From assembly GCA_947454705.1 (NCBI GenBank), contig CANGKZ010000005.1, forward strand, positions 128,616-192,615: a DNA stretch of 64,000 bases, in the 5' to 3' direction. The DNA comes from Verrucomicrobiota bacterium (GTDB lineage: Bacteria > Verrucomicrobiota > Verrucomicrobiia > Limisphaerales > UBA9464). The notes under the pieces were generated by a model that saw nothing but the letters and a program-made list of their open reading frames with translations, did no database searches and had not been told where the DNA came from. Shown here one piece after another: positions 60,061-64,000 of this stretch; position 1 is the first letter of the stretch, and every line of letters starts with the position of its first letter. The position numbers were made by a program, and so were the translations under genes.

Positions 60061-60093
60061 GGGAGGCTTGAGTGGTGCCAGCGGGAGGAATCG
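60061..60093 (-). repeat. att-like repeat partner: 3' end of tRNA(CAT) plus 12 nt of downstream flank
   Basis: See 54568..54600. It covers the last 21 nt of the tRNA (including the encoded CCA) and the flank. Confidence 0.7.
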
Positions 60094-60147
60094 AACCTCC
60101 GACCAAGGGCTTATGAGTCCCCTGCTCTACCGCTGAGCTACGCTGGC
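60073..60147 (-). tRNA. tRNA with CAT anticodon (elongator tRNA-Met, or tRNA-Ile2 if lysidine-modified), CCA encoded
   Basis: The reverse complement GCCAGCG-TA-GCTC-AGCGGTA-GAGC-A-GGGGA-CTCATAA-GCCCT-TGGTC-GGAGG-TTCGATT-CCTCC-CGCTGGC-A-CCA folds by hand into a cloverleaf. The acceptor stem is a perfect 7 bp, with 4-bp D and 5-bp T stems. The G1-C72 pair argues against an initiator. Confidence 0.9.
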
Positions 60148-60323
60148 AGGCCGTCTCAAGGGGGCGCATAAATACGGAAGCAAGGGAGCCTCGGCAAGTC
60201 GTTTTCCTCAGGAATCCACGCCCGCGGGCAGGGGAGGCCCGCCTGCCTCGTCGTGCCGGTTGCCCCGCAGACCGCCTTTGTGATTGGATACGCGGACACA
60301 GTTCGGAAGACGCAAGAGACCTT

Positions 60324-61742
60324 ATGTCGCAAATCAAATTCGGAACGGACGGCTGGCGCGCGATCATCGCGGAGGATTTCACCTTCGCCAACGTGGCCCG
60401 GGTGGCCCAGGCCACTGCGGACTACTGGAAGCAGCATCCCGTGAAGGGAACGGTCGCGCATGCCGTGGTGGGGTACGACCGCCGATTCCTGTCCGATCAG
60501 TTCGCCCGCCGCGTCGCCGAGGTGCTCGCCGGCAATGGATTCAAGGTCACGCTTTCCGACGCCCCCGTTCCCACGCCCGCCGTGTCCTACGCGGTGAAGC
60601 AGCTCAAGGCGATCGGCGGCGTGATGATCACCGCCAGCCACAATCCGCCCGCCTTCAACGGATTCAAACTCAAGGCCTGGTTCGGCGGCTCGGCCGATCC
60701 GGTGATCTGCCAGGGGGTCGAGGCGCTGCTCGATTCCACCCCGTTGAAGCACGTGACGTTCGAACACGGAGTTTCGACCAAGTCGATCGTGGTGAAGGAT
60801 CTCCGCGCGGCCCATTACGCGGCGTGCAAGAAGCTGGTCGAGTTCGACCGCATTGCGGCGTCGAAGTTGAAGTTCGCGCACGAGGCGTTGTACGGCGTCG
60901 GTGCCGGCTGCTTCGATGAATTGCTGGCCGGTACGACCTGCCAGGTGACGACGCTCAACGCGGAGCACAATCCCAATTTCGGCGGGATCAATCCAGAGCC
61001 GATCGCCAAGAATTACGTCAAGTCGGCCGCCTACCTGGCGAAGCATCCGCACGATCTCTGCCTGGTAACGGACGGCGATGCCGACCGCGTGGGCGGCATG
61101 ATGGGCAACGGGGATCTGCTGACCACGCATCAGATCATCTGCCTGCTCCTGCGGCATTTCGTGGTGAACCGTCAGCAGACCGGCCGAGTGATCAAGGCGT
61201 TGACCACGACCACGATGGTGGATCGCATTTGTGCCAAGTTTGGTCTGGAGCTGATCGAGACCGGCGTGGGCTTCAAGTACATCGCGGCCGAAATGATCCG
61301 CGGCGAGGTGCTGCTCGGATTCGAGGAGAGCGGTGGCATCGGGTTCCCCGGCCACATTCCGGAGCGCGACGGCATTCTCGCCGGCTTGATGCTCCTGGAG
61401 ATGTTGGCGCGGGAAAAGAAGCCGTTGAAGACGCTCCTGGCGGATCTGGAACGCGAGTTCGGTCCGCACCGTTATGCGCGCATCGATGTGCACTTCCCGT
61501 TGGAGAAGCGCGCGGCGCTGATGCAGTACTGCAAGCTGAACCCGCCGGCGAAGCTGTTGAAGTCGCCGCTGGCCGAGGTGAAGGCGTTCGATGGCGTGAA
61601 GTTCATCTCCAAGGACGGTTCCTGGCTGATGCTTCGCGGGTCGGGCACGGAGCCGATCCTGCGCATCTATGCCGAGGCGAAGTCGGATGCCGACGCCGAG
61701 GCGTTGCTGAAGCTCGGAAGCAAGATGACGAAGCAGGTTTAG
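60324..61742 (+). CDS. phosphoglucomutase/phosphomannomutase family (alpha-D-phosphohexomutase)
   Basis: FGTDGWRA, the active-site ITASHNPPAFNGFK, the metal loop DGDADR, and GEESGG and RGSGTEP motifs are present. Confidence 0.9.
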   Translation: MSQIKFGTDGWRAIIAEDFTFANVARVAQATADYWKQHPVKGTVAHAVVGYDRRFLSDQFARRVAEVLAGNGFKVTLSDAPVPTPAVSYAVKQLKAIGGVMITASHNPPAFNGFKLKAWFGGSADPVICQGVEALLDSTPLKHVTFEHGVSTKSIVVKDLRAAHYAACKKLVEFDRIAASKLKFAHEALYGVGAGCFDELLAGTTCQVTTLNAEHNPNFGGINPEPIAKNYVKSAAYLAKHPHDLCLVTDGDADRVGGMMGNGDLLTTHQIICLLLRHFVVNRQQTGRVIKALTTTTMVDRICAKFGLELIETGVGFKYIAAEMIRGEVLLGFEESGGIGFPGHIPERDGILAGLMLLEMLAREKKPLKTLLADLEREFGPHRYARIDVHFPLEKRAALMQYCKLNPPAKLLKSPLAEVKAFDGVKFISKDGSWLMLRGSGTEPILRIYAEAKSDADAEALLKLGSKMTKQV

Positions 61743-61848
61743 CCTGTGTCGCGGGGCGGGGCGTTGCGCGTTCGACACTTTTCCACGGCGGCGGTTGCCT
61801 GCGTGACTTCCGGGGCCTAACGTGGCCCGGTCGCCGTCGCGGCCCCGC

Positions 61849-63201
61849 ATGAAAAAGCGCCTTTTTTACGCTGTCTTCGTCGTTTCGCTCGCCGCCTACG
61901 TGCTCACGGGCGCGCAGGTGGAGCGTCTGTCATCCGCCGGGGAGAAGGACGATGCCTACCCTCAGCTGGAGCTCTTCGCCCGCGTGCTCCAAAAGGTCCG
62001 CAAGGACTACGTGGATGGCGACAAGCTCACCTACAAGGAGCTCGTCCAGGGCGCGCTCAAGGGCATGCTGGGCACGCTGGATCCCCACAGCGAGTACATG
62101 GAGCCGGTGAAGTACAACGAGCTCAAGGAGGACACCGAGGGCACGTTCAGCGGCGTGGGATTGCAGGTGGGATTGCGCGATGGGTTGCTGACGGTGATTG
62201 CGCCGATCGAGGACACGCCCGCCTTTGAAGCCGGGCTGATGGCCGGCGATCACCTGGAGAAGATCGACGGGCAGTCCACGGAGAAGTTCAACATGAATGA
62301 CGCCGTGCAGCGCCTGCGCGGGGAACCGGGATCGAAGGTGACGCTGACCGTGTCGCGTCCCTCGTGGACCGAGTCGAAGGAGATCGTTCTGGCCCGTGCC
62401 GACATCCGTGTTTACACGGTCAAGGACATCAACAATCGCCGGGAATTTCCCATCGGACCAAATCAAATTGGATACGTCCGCCTCACCCAGTTCGGCGAGA
62501 AGTCGGCCGATGAATTGGAGGAGGCGCTGGTGAAGCTCGAGGGGCAGAACATGACCGGCCTGGTGCTGGACCTGCGGGGCAACCCGGGCGGGCTGCTGGA
62601 TCAGGCAGTGGCGATCTGCGAGAAATTTCTGAAAAAGGGCGAGCCGATCGTTTCCACCGAGGGCCGCAATGCGTCGGCCGATGTGCAGCGCAAATCCGCG
62701 GGATTCGGCAAGAAGCGCCTGACCCTTCCGATCGTGCTTCTGGTGAATGGCGGCAGCGCGAGCGCCTCGGAGATTGTGTCGGGATGCTTCCAGGATCTGG
62801 GCCGCGCGGTGCTGGTGGGCGAGACCACCTTCGGCAAGGGATCGGTGCAGAGCATTCTTCCGATGCCCGATGGCAGCGCGTTGCGGTTGACCACGGCGAA
62901 GTACTACACGCCGAGTCACAAGGTGATTCACGAGCACGGGGTGACGCCGGACGTGACAGTTCCGATTTCCGAAGAAGAGGAGACGGCGATCCAATTGCGC
63001 CGGCTTCCGGGCGGGACGGCGAATCTCACCGACGTGTTGCGCAACTACGAACCCGAGAAGCGGGAGCGGTTGCGCGAGTTGGTGCGGGATGAGCGCGATC
63101 CGCAGCTGGAGCGGGCCCAGGATTTGTTGAAGGGCATCCGCCTGTTTGGCCAGCGTCCCGCCGACAAGGGCGAGAAGGCGACACGCCCCGTGTTGCGCTG
63201 A
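61849..63201 (+). CDS. S41-family carboxy-terminal processing peptidase (PDZ domain)
   Basis: It has an N-terminal TM/signal, a PDZ segment (GVGLQVGLRDGLLTVIAPIEDTPAFEAGLMAGDHLEKIDG), LDLRGNPGGLL and the catalytic GGSASASEIV ... FGKGSVQ. A GTG at 61822 is the longest-ORF start. Confidence 0.9.
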   Translation: MKKRLFYAVFVVSLAAYVLTGAQVERLSSAGEKDDAYPQLELFARVLQKVRKDYVDGDKLTYKELVQGALKGMLGTLDPHSEYMEPVKYNELKEDTEGTFSGVGLQVGLRDGLLTVIAPIEDTPAFEAGLMAGDHLEKIDGQSTEKFNMNDAVQRLRGEPGSKVTLTVSRPSWTESKEIVLARADIRVYTVKDINNRREFPIGPNQIGYVRLTQFGEKSADELEEALVKLEGQNMTGLVLDLRGNPGGLLDQAVAICEKFLKKGEPIVSTEGRNASADVQRKSAGFGKKRLTLPIVLLVNGGSASASEIVSGCFQDLGRAVLVGETTFGKGSVQSILPMPDGSALRLTTAKYYTPSHKVIHEHGVTPDVTVPISEEEETAIQLRRLPGGTANLTDVLRNYEPEKRERLRELVRDERDPQLERAQDLLKGIRLFGQRPADKGEKATRPVLR

Positions 63202-63311
63202 AGTCCGGTGGTGTCGTTCAGATGGGGCCCGAAAACGGTGGGTCGACGCGAGCACGTCGGCCGAATTGAAATGGGTCCTTTTCGGCGCCTGGTTCTGGCA
63301 CGCTTTTCCCC

Positions 63312-64000
63312 GTGATTCTCGCCATCGAAAGTTCCTGTGATGAAACCAGCGTGGCGCTGGTTCATGACGGGCGTGTGCTGGCGAACCGGGTGTCGTCCCA
63401 AATTCGATTGCACGCCGAGTACGGCGGGGTGGTGCCGGAGCTCGCCACGCGGGAGCATTTGCGGAATCTGATCCCGGTGGCACGCGCGGCGATGGAATCG
63501 GCCGGAGTGCGACCCGAGGCGCTTTCAGCGATCGCGGCCACGCGCGGGCCCGGGCTTCCGGCGGCCTTGTTGGCGGGCTTCACCAGTGCCGCAGGACTGG
63601 CCTACGCGTTGGATCGCCCGCTCTACGGGATTCATCACCACGAGGCGCATTTGTATTCGCCGTGGATCTGGGGGGAGCCGCTGTCGGCGCAATTTCAGGA
63701 GTTCGAGCCCCATGTGTCGCTGATCGTCAGCGGCGGACACACGCTGTTGGTGCATGTCCGGGGTGAGCTCGATCATGCGGTGCTCGGGGGCACGCTGGAC
63801 GATGCGGCGGGGGAGTGTTTCGACAAGGTGTCCAAGCTGCTGCAGCTGCCGTATCCGGGTGGACCGGTGCTGGACCGGCTCGCGGGGGAGGGGGATCCGA
63901 CGGCATATGTTTTCCCGCGTCCGATGCTCACCGATCCGGGATGGGACTTCAGCTTCAGCGGGCTCAAGACGAGCGTGCGCTACTTTTTGGAGAAGCATCC
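63312..64000 (+). CDS. tsaD: tRNA N6-adenosine threonylcarbamoyltransferase, 5' part (runs off the window)
   Basis: It is absent from the ORF track because it has no stop in the window. The GTG at 63312 follows an in-frame TGA at 63267. I translated ILAIESSCDETSVALVHDGRVLANRVSSQIRLHAEYGGVVPELATREHLRNL by hand, and the start matches the canonical TsaD/Kae1 N-terminus. I also spot-checked later stretches of the frame and found no stop in them. Confidence 0.85.
   Translation, partial: MILAIESSCDETSVALVHDGRVLANRVSSQIRLHAEYGGVVPELATREHLRNLIPVARAAMESAGVRPEALSAIAATRGPGLPAALLAGFTSAAGLAYALDRPLYGIHHHEAHLYSPWIWGEPLSAQFQEFEPHVSLIVSGGHTLLVHVRGELDHAVLGGTLDDAAGECFDKVSKLLQLPYPGGPVLDRLAGEGDPTAYVFPRPMLTDPGWDFSFSGLKTSVRYFLEKH

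Noticed and set aside
60073-60147. I considered whether the tRNA(CAT) is the initiator tRNA, because of its three consecutive G-C pairs in the anticodon stem.
   Set aside because: Positions 1-72 form a normal G-C pair, whereas bacterial initiators have a 1-72 mismatch. The 31-39 position is an A-G mismatch, so I call it elongator Met or Ile2. These two cannot be separated without identity-element analysis.

Overview
This is a high-GC bacterial chromosome segment (most 60-nt lines are above 60% GC by eye). It most likely comes from a Verrucomicrobiota / PVC-superphylum genome. That inference rests on a DUF1501 protein, a PVC-type CxxCH heme-binding giant protein, a PmoA-family protein, an FtsZ-containing dcw cluster and very abundant intergenic repeat families.

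Gene content:
- **0-2.7 kb:** a hydrolase fragment, a RibD-C-like reductase and queA.
- **3.1-20.5 kb:** a translationally coupled division/cell-wall (dcw) cluster in the order mraZ, orphan gene, rsmH, ftsL-like, ftsI, SIMPL, murF, mraY, LysM, ftsW, murG, murB, ddl, ftsQ, ftsA, divergent ftsZ. It lacks murE, murD and murC.
- **20.5-47 kb:** housekeeping and PVC-typical genes. These are a ceramidase-like hydrolase, a TPR protein, an RsmB/Nop2-type methyltransferase with a roughly 450-aa RGG/GGY tail, DUF1501, acnA, tonB-like/exbB/exbD, a PmoA-family protein, argG, a CDF transporter, two TPM proteins, serB, a Gfo/Idh/MocA oxidoreductase, a NarL-type regulator, a GNAT acetyltransferase and the PVC heme-binding giant.
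- **47-60 kb:** this stretch looks accessory.
  - A 1141-aa RCC1/Ig-repeat protein.
  - A duplicated two-gene module of unrecognisable secreted/membrane proteins. The younger copy sits in a ~40-50% GC islet, and each copy follows an identical 20-nt leader motif.
  - A hybrid histidine kinase and an orphan CheB-like REC-methylesterase. Both are bracketed by a 33-nt direct repeat of the 3' end of a tRNA(CAT) gene, which looks like an att-type footprint. No integrase is visible.
- **60.3-64 kb:** phosphohexomutase, an S41 peptidase and the 5' part of tsaD.

I found no rRNA, CRISPR array, integrase or transposase. All alignments, GC counts and motif searches were done by eye, and the starts I give are the biologically most plausible in-frame starts.
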